A stretch of DNA of 64,000 nt from Parvularia atlantis (lineage: Eukaryota): contig CALSCO010000253.1 in the NCBI GenBank assembly GCA_943704415.1, positions 1 to 64,000 on the forward strand. The letters run 5' to 3'. The position numbers and the translations under genes are program-made. Under the pieces are notes generated by a model. The model saw only the letters and a list, made by a program, of their open reading frames with translations. It did no database searches and was not told the DNA's origin. Shown piece by piece: positions 52,019 through 63,408 of the stretch (its first letter is position 1; the number at the start of each line of letters is the position of its first letter).

Positions 52019-53334
52019 ATGCTGCAAAGTGCGGGTGTCAGTCCGGCGGTGGTCGTCGGCGCGGTCGTGCTTGGCCTGGCCGTGCCGCTGACGGCGTACG
52101 TGATGACGGCGTTCCCGGCGAACGGTGCGCCCCGCCGTGTGCGCGTGCGCCGTGTGCGACGATGCGAAGTGCGCAGACTACGTCGAGCAGGAGATCGTGC
52201 GCCAAAACACGCGCATCATTCGCGTGCGCGGCAAGGGACGAGGCATGCACGCGCGTCGCCAGCGTCGCCCTGACACGGCGCGCGCACAGAACCTGCGCGT
52301 TGTGGTCGTCAACGAGAGCGGCAAGGACAACGTCCCGACACTCTTCTTTGTCCACGGCTTTGGCGGCCGCGCGGACCAGTGGGCCGAGCAGATGGCGGAT
52401 CTCAAGGGGTGCGCACCACGCGTACACCGGGTCCGTGCTCTGTGCGAGCCGACAGGCGTGCATGCAGGACGTTCCGCATCGTGGCCATCGAGCTGGTTGG
52501 CCACGGGTGCAGTGAGATCTCGACGCGCGACGACGACTACCGCTTCGCGGCGCTTGTGGACGACCTCGAGCTGCTCTTTGCCGACCTTGCGGGCGAGAAC
52601 GACAGCAACACCGTGCGCCACGTGCCGCGTGCCTGCGGGTGGGGCCGGGCTGAGCTTGCGACGGCAGATCGTCGCGCACAGTTACGGCACGGCGCTGACC
52701 ATCGCGCTGCTCGAGCGCGAGGCCGTGCGCGGCCGGGTCGGCGCGGTCGTGCTGGTCGGCGCGGCCGGCGGCAAGCCCTTCCGCACGCCCGCGCCGTGGG
52801 TGCTCGCGCTGCCAGACCTGGCGTGGGACGTCGTGCGCGCGGCCGGGCGTCTCGGCGGCGAGCGCTCGCCGTCCGTGCTGCAGTTTGTGCACGAGTCGGC
52901 GCCCGCAGCCGTCAAGCACAAACAGCTCGTGTTGGGCATGATCAACGACACGGTGCGGCGCGGCGCGGTGCGGTGTCGACCTCGAGCGCGTCGCTGACGA
53001 CGGAGCAACAGGGCGTGGTCAAGCGCATGATCAAGGGCATGTCCTGGCCGTCGCTCGAGACCGAGACGCGCGCGCTGCTCGGCGTGCGGGTCATGCTCGT
53101 GACCGGCGCCGAGGACCGCATCACAACGCCGCATAAGCTCGAGCCGCTGCAGCGCTTCCTCGGTGCGGCCGCGCGCGTGCATCTCCTCGACCGCGTCGGC
53201 CACAACGTGCGCCGCTCTCGAGCGCGCGGTGCGCCTGCTCACGGCTGTGCGCGCGCGTGCCGCAGGTCATGATCGAGGCGCCGCAGGTGCTGTCGCGCCT
53301 CATTGCACTGCACGCGACACGGCGGGACCCGTGA
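52019..53334 (+). CDS. Alpha/beta hydrolase, ABHD8-like, with N-terminal hydrophobic anchor
   Basis: LFFVHGFGG...QW, ELVGHGCS, nucleophile elbow AHSYG, LVTGAEDRITT, catalytic GHNVMIEAP. Confidence 0.85.
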
Positions 53335-53530
53335 GACGCGGTGTCTGAGTTTTGCGCAAAGTGCACGATGGACGCTCGGTGACACGACGTCACTCTGTCG
53401 TCGCGCTGGCGGCACCGGCGCGCGCGCGGACTGCTCACTTTCCCCGGGCACCCCGCCGGCGCTGTCCCTCTGCCTCGCCACTCCCGCGACCCTTCCTTCG
53501 CCACCATCCACCCGACGAACGACGCCGACG

Positions 53531-56154
53531 ATGCCGCCGCCGCGCCGCAACCTTGCGGTGCTCGTGTTGGCGCTGCTGCTGCTGCTGCTGCCGCTGCTGC
53601 TAGGCGCGGCCGAGGCGGCGCTGCTCCGCGACAAGTACGGCGGCAAGGCGCAAGTGCTGCGGGTGTGCGGCGTGCTGCCCACTCCTGCCGTGCTGACAGC
53701 CGCCGCCGCAGGTACGCCGGCTCGAGGAGTCGACGACCATCGCGGCCGACCGCGCGGCCAACGGCAAGGGCCTGCGCGAGGACGTCGACCGCCTCGAGAG
53801 CGCCGCGGCGGACGACGAGGGCTTCCTGGAGGGCATGTGGCGGTACACGACGTCACCCTTCCGCATGTTTAAGGTGCGCGCTCGGCCCGCCGCACGCGCC
53901 GCTCACGTCCACGCGCACAGCACCGAGAGGAGCTGGTTGAGATTGTCGACGACGACCCCTGCGCCAAGTATGAGGAGCAGGCGGGTGTGATGTCCAACCT
54001 GCGCAACTGGGTGCGCGCCCCGCGCGGTCGCTCGTTTTGTTGCGGCTGGCTGACGGGACGGGGGCGCCGGCCAGGCGTACTGCAAGGCGCTGCGTGCCAA
54101 GAACGGCGTCGGCTCGTACGTGTCCCGCATCGCCAATGCGCTCGGCAGCGGCGTCAAGAGCGCGGCGCACGGCGCGGCCGAGACGGCCAGGGACACGGCC
54201 GAGACGGTCAAGGACAAGGCCGGGCACGTGCTCGAGCAGACTGAGGAGCGGCTCGAGGACGTGGCGCACGGCGCGGCCGAGACGGCCAAGGGTGCGTTCG
54301 AGACGGCCAAGGACAAGCTGGTGGACGTGGCGCACGGCGCGGCCGAGAAGGCCAAGGAGGCGTACGACGCGACCAAGGAGCGAGTGCACCAGGCGGCCGA
54401 GTACGCGCGTGATCGGGCGGCCGACGCGACCGAGTACGCCAAGGACAAGGCCGAGGACGTGTACGACGCGACCAAGGAGACGGCGCAGCGTGCGACCGAG
54501 TACGCCAAGGACAAGGCCGCCGATGCGTACGACGCGACCAAGGAGACGGCGCAACGTGCGACCGAGTACGCCAAGGACAAGGCCGCCGATGCGTACGACG
54601 CGACCAAGGAGACGGCGCAGCGTGCGACCGACTATGTCAAGGACAAGGCCCAAGACGCGAAGGAGGCCGTGCGCGACACGGCATACGCGGCCAAGGACAA
54701 GGCCGAGGATGCGTATGAGCGCGGCAAGGACAAGGCCCGCGNNNNNNNCCAAGACGCGAAGGAGGCCGTGCGCGACACGGCATACGCGGCCAAGGACAAG
54801 GCCGAGGATGCGTATGAGCGCGGCAAGGACAAGGCCCGCGAGGCGACCGACTATGTCAAGGACAAGGCCCAAGACGCGAAGGAGGCCGTGCGCGACACGG
54901 CATACGCGGCCAAGGACAAGGCCGAGGATGCGTATGAGCGCGGCAAGGACAAGGCCCAGCGCGGCTACGAGTCTGCCAAGGATGCGGCCAAGCGGCGAGC
55001 CGGGCAAGCGCAGGAGACGCTTGCCGGTGCCCGCAACAGCATCAGCAGCATGGCGCGCGACGCCGGCCACGCTCACGTGGTCTCGGCCGGCGACTACGTC
55101 GAGCAGGCGGCCTACTACGCCAAGCGCAAGGCCGACGAGGCGTTCGACAGCGCCTTTGAGCAGTTCCGCAGGTCCCACGTCGACCGCGCCGCGTCCATGG
55201 ACGAGCGCCCGCTCGAGCTCGAGGGCGACCAGGCGAGCGCCGTGGGCGAGCGCGTGACGGGGAGCCGGCATGCACACTTCACCGAGGCCGACACCGAGTA
55301 CGGCCGCGAGCTGCCCGCGCGGCGCGGCTACGGCTCGGCGCCGCAGAAGCTGTACCACCACGTCGAGGAGGACGAATGGGTTACCGACTCGTGCATGGTG
55401 CGTGCGGCGTTCCTCACGTGCGCCGAGGCTCACACGGCCGCGCGAAGGATGACGACACGTGCGAGCCCGTGTACGACCGCGCGAGTACGCCCAGCCGAGT
55501 GGTACGCGTGCATCATCGTCGTTGCTATGCGTGCCTGACTGTGCGCGTAGCCGGAGCCGCTGCACGTCGAGTTTGAGAAGCGGCCGGTCGCGGTCAAGGT
55601 CGTCGGCCACAAGCTGTGGGAGGGCGTCAAGTCGATCCTGCGGCTGCCGCAGCGCCTCGTGATGTTCGTCATCTACCTGCCCAAGCGCATGTTCGACGTC
55701 GTGACGTACATCCCGCGCACGCTGATCGTGCGTCGCGAGCGCGCTGCGCTGGTCGGCTGGCCGTGCGGCGCTGACGGCGCGGTCGCCCGGCGCAGAGCAA
55801 GGCGTTTGGCGTGACCAAGGCCGTGGGCGAGCAGGCCGTGCACGTCGCCGGCGCGGCCAAGGTGCACGATCGCACGGCGAACGCGAGCTGCGGTTGCTGA
55901 TGGCGCCGCGCAGGACAAAATCGAGCACGGCGTCGAGTGGACGCGCGACGAGGCGCGCTACGTCGTGGGCAAGGTCACGGACGGCGCCAAGGTGCGCGTG
56001 CCGTGCGACGGCGCGTGGGGTGACGGCTGAGACGGCGCACGCGACGGTGCAGCGGGCCGTCGGCACCGACACGGGCAAGCAGTGCGCGTGCGACGACAAG
56101 TGCCAGGAGTGCTGCTGCTGCAAGCACCTCGAAACGGGCACGGCGTGTCTGTGA
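53531..56154 (+). CDS. Secreted group-3 LEA-like repeat protein with Cys-rich C-terminal tail (contains a 7-N assembly gap)
   Basis: Signal peptide LAVLVLALLLLLLPLLLGAAEA; 11-mer repeats (ATEYAKDKAAD / AYDATKETAQR); ends CACDDKCQECCCCKHLETGTACL*. Confidence 0.75.
54425..54960 (+). repeat. Coding tandem repeats: 66-nt (22-aa) units followed by 120-nt (40-aa) units; N gap at 54742-54748
   Basis: Near-identical repeated DNA. The gap falls where about 28 nt of the 120-nt unit is missing, so the copy number is unresolved. Confidence 0.9.
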
Positions 56155-56213
56155 GCCTCCCTAGCTTGCTGTACAGTCTTCAGTTCCTGCGTTGTCCCCT
56201 CGCTCGGGACGGT

Positions 56214-57776
56214 TCAACGCATCCGCCGCTGCTGGCGCATCGGCTGCAGGCGTGGGCCCGCTCAGTGCTCACGCAGGCCGAGCGCGCGAGACACGCACGT
56301 CCTGCTCAAGACGCGGGTCGCGGAAGCGCGAGCGCTCGTCGTCGCGGTAGCGCGGGATGTCTGGCGGCGGCGGCGGCCCGCGCGGGTCACGCGGATCGCG
56401 CGGGTCGCGGGGATCACGTGGCGCGGGCATGGCGTAGACCATCGCGTCGCGGTCGCTCTCTGTGGACGGCAGCGCTCAGTCGCAGCACGCACGACCCTGG
56501 CCACGCACGCACCCATCATCGGCGGCGCGCCCATCGGCCCAGCGTGCCCGCCTGAACGGCAGTGAGGTCAGCGCCCAACACGGCGCAACGCCGCACACAC
56601 CGTCGTAGTCGTAGCGCCCGTAGTAGCCCGCCGGCGGCGGCGGCATGCCCATCTGCCCCGGGCGGCCCATCGGCGGCGGCGGCGGCCCGCCCGGCATGCC
56701 CATGGGCGGCGGCACGGGGCCCACCCCGCGCATCTGCGGCGGCGGCGGCCCGCCGGGCATCCCCATCGGCGGCGGCGGCCCCGGCTGGCCTGGGAGGCCT
56801 GACCCGCCGTGCATGAGGCTCTGTGTATGCGCGCGCGTGTGAGCACCCGCGTGTGCCCGGGCGCGCGTGCGGCGCACCGAGACCATGTCGGGCCGGATAA
56901 GGCCAAGCAGGACGAGCGATTCGGCGATGGCGTAGGCAAACTGCGGGTTGTTGAGCATGAGTTGGCGCGCCTTCTCGGGCTCCTGCACGGCCATCATCTG
57001 CTCGCGTGCCGATCAGCCGCCCTGTACGGGCGCCGCTCGCCGGGCGCACGCACGCGCAGCTGCTTCATCAGCTCGTGGATCTGCACGGGCGAGAGCGACT
57101 TGATGGCGGCGACGATGTCGCTCAGGATCGCCTCGGGCGGGCGCGCGACCGGCGGTGCGCCCGGTGGGCCCTGCGCGGCCGGCGGCGGCGGGAGCCCCTG
57201 CGGCGGCAGCAGCGCGCTCGGCGGCGGCGCCCCGTACGGCGGCACGCCCGGGCCGGAGCCAGCGGGTAGGCCGGGTCCCAACGGCGGCGGCGGCCCGCGC
57301 GTCTGTGGCGATAAGTCGGGATGAGCGCCCGCGGCGGGGGGGGAGGCGGTGCGAGGCCGCGGGACGCACGCCAAAGCCGCCGGGCGGCCCGCGCTCGTCG
57401 ATGGCGGCGACCTGGTCGTAGTCGGTCGCGTCGAGGCGGAGCGTGCGCCCGTTGAGCTCGTAGTTGCTCAGGTTGCGCAGCGCCGACCGCGCCGTCTCCG
57501 CGTCCTGGTACTCACAGAAGCCGAAGCCGCGCGGCTTGCCGTCGCGGTCGAACATGAGCCTTGGTGCGCGCCGCAGCGGTCAGGCGGGCCAAGCGCGCGG
57601 CCGGCCGGGCGACGCACCGGAACGCCACGACCGGGCCGACCTCCTGGAAGACGTCGACCAGCGTCTCCTCGGTCGCGTCGAACGGGATGTTGCCCACTGG
57701 CGGGCACGGCGCGGCGGCGTGAGCGCGGGCGACTCGCGCGAGAGCCGCGCCCTGTACCGAAGAGGACGCGCGACAT
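56214..57776 (-). CDS. CSTF2: Cleavage stimulation factor 64 kDa subunit (CstF-64/Rna15)
   Basis: [17 protein letters not shown]...[24 protein letters not shown] (RRM); hinge [22 protein letters not shown]...[20 protein letters not shown]-rich tail with RDP repeats. Confidence 0.92.
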
Positions 57777-57808
57777 TGCTGGTGCGAAAGTACGAGGACG
57801 TACACGGT

Positions 57809-57815
57809 CTCTTTC
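57809..57815 (+). promoter_or_regulatory. TOP/TCT-like pyrimidine tract (CTCTTTC), candidate transcription start of RPL5
   Basis: Starts 21 nt upstream of the RPL5 ATG; RPL14 has a matching CTCTTTTC. Confidence 0.55.
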
Positions 57816-57829
57816 AGCGTCGTGCAACC

Positions 57830-59388
57830 ATGGTACGTCACGGTCACGTGGTCCGCGCCAAACCCCTCTCGCGCTCGTCCGCGCACCGCGAACCGCGCCT
57901 CACGGCCCGCACGCCGCACGACCGCATACACGGATGGATGGATGGGTGGGCGGATGGGTAGATGGCCAGCGCGCTGAACCCGCCCGCTTGCGCGCACAGC
58001 CGTTCCTCAAGACGGTCAAGTCGAAGGCCTACTTCAAGCGGTTCCAGACCAAGTACCGCAGGCGCCGCGGTGCGTGCCCCCTCCCACGCACTCCGCCCCC
58101 TCTGCCGCGCGCCACCCCGCTCCGAGCCTCGCACCCGCCTCTGGGCTCGCGGCGCGCCGCCTCCCGCCCCACGCCGCACCGCGCGACCTGATGATCCTAT
58201 AGTTCACCTGAGCGCCGCTCTGACGACGAACTACAAACCAAAAATCAAATTCTTTCGCACCTATCTGAACCCTCTGCGCGCCGTGCTGCCCGCGCGGGCC
58301 CCCTTCGCTGGCTGTACTCTGCTTTGCCGCGTGCTCGGCGCGAGACTGACGGCCCATGCTCCCACCCTCGTCGCGTCTGTGCGCGCGCGCCGACAGAGGG
58401 CAAGACCGACTACTACGCGCGCAAGCGTCTCATCACGCAGGCCAAGAACAAGTACAACAGCCCCAAGTACCGCTTCGTCGTGCGCTTCACCAACCGCGAT
58501 GTGGTGGCGCAAGTCATCTACGCCAAGATCGAGGGCGACCATGTGATGACCGCGGCGTACGGGCACGAGCTGGCCAAGTACGGCATCAAGGTGCGAGCAG
58601 GGGGGCGGCGGCGCGTGCAGAGCGGTCGCGTGCAGGGGTGGGCGGCTGAGCGTGCCGCGGCCTTGCCCGTCAGGTCGGCTGGACCAACTACGCGTCGGCG
58701 TACGCCGTCGGGCTGCTCTGCGCGCGGCGCCTGCTGAAGAAGATCGGCCTGGAAGACAAGTACAAGGGCCAGACCAAAGTTGACGGCGCCATGTACACGG
58801 TCGAGGAGATCGCCGACGGCCCGCGCCCGTTCACGGCCAACCTCGACGTTGGCATCAACCGGACAACGACCGGCTCGCGCATCTTTGGCGTGCTCAAGGG
58901 CGCGGTCGACGGCGGCCTCAACATCCCGCACAGTGAGCGCCGCTTCCCGGGCTACGACGCCGAGGCGAAGAAGTTTGACCCTGAAGTGCGTGTGCACGTC
59001 GTTGTGCGTGCCCGCCCGTGGCTCAGACGTCGTTGCGCGCGGCGTGCGCCAGGTGCTGCGCAAGCGCATCTTTGCCGAGCACATCTCCGAGTACATCAAG
59101 CTGCTGCAGGACGAGAACCCCGACCTGTACAAGAAGCAGTTCTCGCGCTTCATCAAGGAGGGCATCAAGGGCTCCGAGATCCCCGAGCTGTACAAAAAGG
59201 CGCACGCGGCCATCCGCAAGGACCCGACCGCGGCCAAGAAGGAGGCCAAGAAGGTCGAGCCCAAGCGCTACAGCCACAAGCGCCTCACCTACGAGCAGCG
59301 CAAGGCGCGCGTGGCGCAGAAGAAGAGCCTGCACAAGACGCAGCAGGCCGCTGTGGAGGCGGCGGGCGATGGCGAGGACGACGAGTGA
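57830..59388 (+). CDS. RPL5: 60S ribosomal protein L5 (uL18)
   Basis: [82 protein letters not shown]. Confidence 0.98.
58186..58271 (+). ncRNA. Intronic box C/D snoRNA, snR60/U80(SNORD80)-like, in RPL5 intron 2
   Basis: Box C TGATGA (58189), D' CTGA (58208), C' TGACGA (58221), D CTGA (58265). The D' guide ATAGTTCAC is complementary to conserved LSU rRNA GUGAACUAU. The D guide TCTTTCGCACCTAT is complementary (one mismatch) to AUAGGGGCGAAAGA. It forms an AT-richer patch in an unusually long 327-nt intron. Confidence 0.85.
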
Positions 59389-59615
59389 GGGCTGGACCGG
59401 GGCTGGCCTGTGCGCGCGCGCGTTCCTGTGTGCGTGTCGGCCTTCTTGCCTGATGCCGACCTGGACTGGCGTGTGCATGGCGGGTGGGGGCGGGTGGGGT
59501 TGGATGGGCACGGCCGCAGATCCAACCACTGAGCACAAGTGCACACACCGAACGCAACAAGCGCAGACATGCCGCGGAACCGACGCATCCGCATGACAGC
59601 ACAAAGGCGAACGCC

Positions 59616-60457
59616 TCACTTGGCCTTGAGCTTGTTGGCGGCCTTCTTGAGCGTGGTGTACTCCTTGCCGACGACGCGGCGCGCCTTCTTGCGCAGCACC
59701 ATCACCTTGAACCGGTCAAAGTCGGACAGGTTGGCGCGCGTCTCGCGCTTGGCCAGCTGCGACGAGGCACACGCGGCCGGTCAGCACGCACGCGGTCGCT
59801 TGGAAGACGCGCGCCACCTTCTGTGCCCACGACGACGCCTTCCACTTGGCCAGCACGTCGTCCTTGGCCAGCGCCTTCTTGATCGACGCCGCTGAGCCCG
59901 ACCGCGGGATCTTGAGCTGCGTGGCGTGCGCACCGCCGTTGTGAGCGCGTGCGCGGCGCGTCGCTGCACACGCATGCCTTGAAGTCGGTCAGGTTCAGGC
60001 GCTTGAAGTTGAGCGCTTGCCGAATCACGCCCGTCGTCGGGCCCTCGACGAGCACCTGCGCCGAGCGGCCGTGTGAGCCAAGCGGCCCGCGGCACGACAT
60101 TGCGCACACACACACACCCGGTTCTGGTCGATCACGTCCAGGATGAACGCCGTCTTGCCGGCGTCGGCGCCGTAGTTGATCAGCACCAGGCGGCCGATCT
60201 CGACGAAGCGGGCGTACACCTGTTTTCGACGCCGCCGCGCACGCGCACGTCGTGCAGGGGTCAGAAATTCGTCCAGGCGACGGCGAGCGACACTGCCCGC
60301 GCGGCGGCCATCCTATGCCGTCCCATCCCATCCATCCCATCCATCCATCCGGGAAGGGTGCGTGTGGCGCGTGCGTGCGTGTGTGCGGCTGGGCCCGGGA
60401 TGGGGGAGGGGCGTCCTGCGAGGATGCCCGCTTTTGCGCGTCTCGTGTACGCACCAT
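59616..60457 (-). CDS. RPL14: 60S ribosomal protein L14 (eL14)
   Basis: [18 protein letters not shown]...[15 protein letters not shown]...[14 protein letters not shown]...[23 protein letters not shown]. Confidence 0.97.
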
Positions 60458-60468
60458 CGTTGTCGATC

Positions 60469-60476
60469 GAAAAGAG
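60469..60476 (-). promoter_or_regulatory. TOP/TCT-like pyrimidine tract (CTCTTTTC), candidate transcription start of RPL14
   Basis: Starts 19 nt upstream of the RPL14 ATG on the minus strand. Confidence 0.55.
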
Positions 60477-60484
60477 GCCGACCA

Positions 60485-63360
60485 TTATCCACTGTGTACA
60501 CGTTTCAAAGGCAGCTCGTTGTCACGCGCGAACCGCGCCAGCAGGTCCGTGAGCGTCACGGTCTCGCTGTCCTTGGTGCCTGGCGCGAGCACACGCTCAG
60601 CGGCAGAGCATCGCGCAGCCCGCCGGCCCGGCGACGCACCGCGCGGCCGCACGCTCACGGTCGACGCCGCCGCCTCCTGCTCGCCGACAACGAGGACGTA
60701 GTTGTACCCGAGCGTCGCGCCGTCGAGCACGGCCCGGCGGAGGCGCTGCGCGCCGCGTGCGAATGGGTGAGCCTCGTCACGGTGTGACAGCCGCACATAC
60801 CTCTCTGCTCAGCTCGGCCGAGCAGCCGATTGCGCGCACGCGGTCGACGACCTCTTGCGCATACGCTGCAAAGCTGTCGTGCACGGGCACGACAAGCGCA
60901 TGGCGCGGACTCAGCCAGAACGGCCACTTGCCTGCGCGCGCAGCGTGAGCGGCACGAAGCGGCGCAGCTTGGCGCGCGCGTGCGCGAAAGACCGGCGTAG
61001 TGCTCGGTCAGGATGCCCATCATGCGCTCGACCGAGCCCAGCACGGCGCGGTGAATGATCACCGGCCGCTTGCCCGCGCCGTCCGAGTCCGTGTACTGCA
61101 ACTCGAAGCGCTCCTGCAGCGCGCACCCATCAGTAACAGCAATCGGGTCGCGACCCGCTGCCCCCGGCGCGCACCGGCAGCTGGAAGTCGAGCTGCACGG
61201 TGGCCGTCTGGTGCCGCCGGCCGACGGCGTCCTGCACGGTGATGTCGATTTTCGGGCCGTAGAAGGCGCCGTCGCCCTCTGCGATCGAGAACGGCCTGCC
61301 CGTGGCGACGAGCGCTGCGCCGCACATCAGCCCCTTGTCTAGCCAGCCGCGCACCCGCATTTGCACCCTCGTGCAGGCTCGCCTCGGCGCGCTCCCACAC
61401 GGCGAGTTCGCCCAGGTACTTGGCCGGCCGCGTCGACAGCGCCAGGTCAAAAGCAAAGCCAAAGACGCCGTACACATCCGCGATCATGCGCAGCACACCC
61501 GCGACCTCGTCCCGCACCTTTCTCGCGCGCCCATGTCAAGACACGCGCCCGCGCGCACGGTCGCGCGGCACCTGGTCCTGCCGACAGAAGATGTGCGCGT
61601 CGTCCTGCATGAACTTGCGCACGCGGGTCAGGCCTGACAGCGCGCCCGAGATCTCATTGCTGGGTGTGTGGTGTGCCGCCAAGCGTCAGCCGCGAGCAGC
61701 AGCACCTCGCCCACACGCGCCGGTGCAGCGGGCTAAAGTCAGCGATGCGCACGGGCAGGTCGCGGTACGAGCGTGGCTCGTGCGCAAAGACGAGGCAGTG
61801 GCCGGGGCAGTTCATCGGCTTGAGCGCCATCAGGCCGTGCTCGTCACCCTCGCCGTGCACGTGCCCGTGTCCGTCCTCGTCCGCGTGCTGGTGCCCGCCG
61901 AGCTGCACCAGGAACATGTCCTCGCGGTAGTTGTCCCAGTGGCCGGACGTTTCCCACAGCTTCTTCATGTACAGCTGCGGCGTGATCACCTCCTCGTACG
62001 CGCGCGAGTGGTAGAGCGAGCGCATGAATTCGATCAGCTGCGCCACACCACACATCAGCGCAAGCCGGCGCAGCGGCAGTCAGCGCACCCGGTTGCAGAT
62101 GTGCGTCCCGTGCGGCAGCATGAAAACGCTGCCCGGGCTCAGCTCGTGCATCATAAACAGCCGCTGCTGCCGGCCGATGACGCGGTGGTCGCTGCGCTTG
62201 ATCTGCGCACGCCGGCGGGCGGCTTGGACAGGCCACGCGCGTGCGCCGGCCACGCGCGCACCCGCTCTTGCTCGTCTTTCCACGCGCGCAGCTGGCTCGC
62301 CTCCGGGAACGCGATGCCGTAGACGCGCTGCAGCTGCTCGTTGCTCTGCTGCCCGAGCCAGTACGCGCCCGAGGCCTGCAGCGTCTCGAAGGCGCGCACC
62401 TGTGCCGCGCGGGGCCCCGCAGCGTGTCAGCATACGCGCATGGAAGCACGCCAGCACGCGCGCACCAGGCCCGTGTGTGGGATGTGCGGCCCGCGACAAA
62501 AGTCGATAAAGTCGTGGCAGCGGTAGAGCGTCACGGGCGCGTTGGCCGGCGCCTTGGCGATGAAGTGCTGCTTGAAGCGGTTGTCGTCAAACATGTGCAG
62601 CGCAAACTGCGACGCTCTCGGCGTTGGAGGCGCACGGCACGCCAGCTGGCTCTGCGCACCTCGCGCGACACCTCGAGGCGCTCGAACGGCGCGCGCTCGG
62701 CCGCCACCGCCTGCGCCGTGCGCGTGATCACCGCGAGGTCGTCGTCGGTCAGCATCGCGCGCGGCCCGCCGCCGTGGTCCAGGTGGAACTCGTAGAAGAA
62801 GCCGCCGCGCGAGCTGCGCGCCGCGTGTGCGCGTGAACAGCGCCCGCTCACGTCGCGCGGTCTGCGGCGCACATCGCCGGCCCGTCGCACAGCAGCACGC
62901 GGTCGCCGTAGATGCGCTCGAGCGCGGCGCCGAGCACGTGCGCCGACGAGTGCCAGAAGACGTCGCGCCCTTCGGCGTCGCCAAAGCCGAGTAGCTCGAC
63001 GGCGCACGACGCGGCGAGCGGCCGCGCGAGGTCGTGCAGTCGCGCGCCGTCCAGCCGTGCGACGAGCGCATCGCGCAGCAGCTGCACCTGGTTGGCGTCT
63101 GTGCCGCGGTGCGCGGCCGTTCAGATGCTTGGCTGCGCTTGCGCGAGCCGAATGCGATTTCGCACACCGCGCAGCAGGCTCAGCACGGACACGTGCCCCG
63201 CGGCGCCCGACAGCTCGAGCCGGTGGCGCGGCAGGCGGACCACGATGGCGCTGTCCGCACAACGATCCTCCTGCTGCTGCTGCTGCCGCGCCCGCTCGGC
63301 GTCGAACAGCGCGACGCGGCGCCGGATGCGCTCGCTGGCTGTCACTAAGGCGCGCCGCAT
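60485..63360 (-). CDS. Threonyl-tRNA synthetase, probably mitochondrial
   Basis: [104 protein letters not shown]. Confidence 0.93.
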
Positions 63361-63408
63361 GGGCAGAAAGCTCCAGCAACCTGCCGACGCTACACATCGC
63401 CTGCCTGC

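Noticed and set aside
54425..54960. Regular repeat array as a possible CRISPR array
   Set aside because: Units are in-frame coding repeats without unique spacers, in a eukaryotic gene with no cas genes nearby.
57781..57790. GGTGCGAAAG upstream of RPL5 is perfectly complementary to 10 nt of the snoRNA D guide
   Set aside because: It lies upstream of the putative RPL5 start site and is only 10 nt; likely chance.
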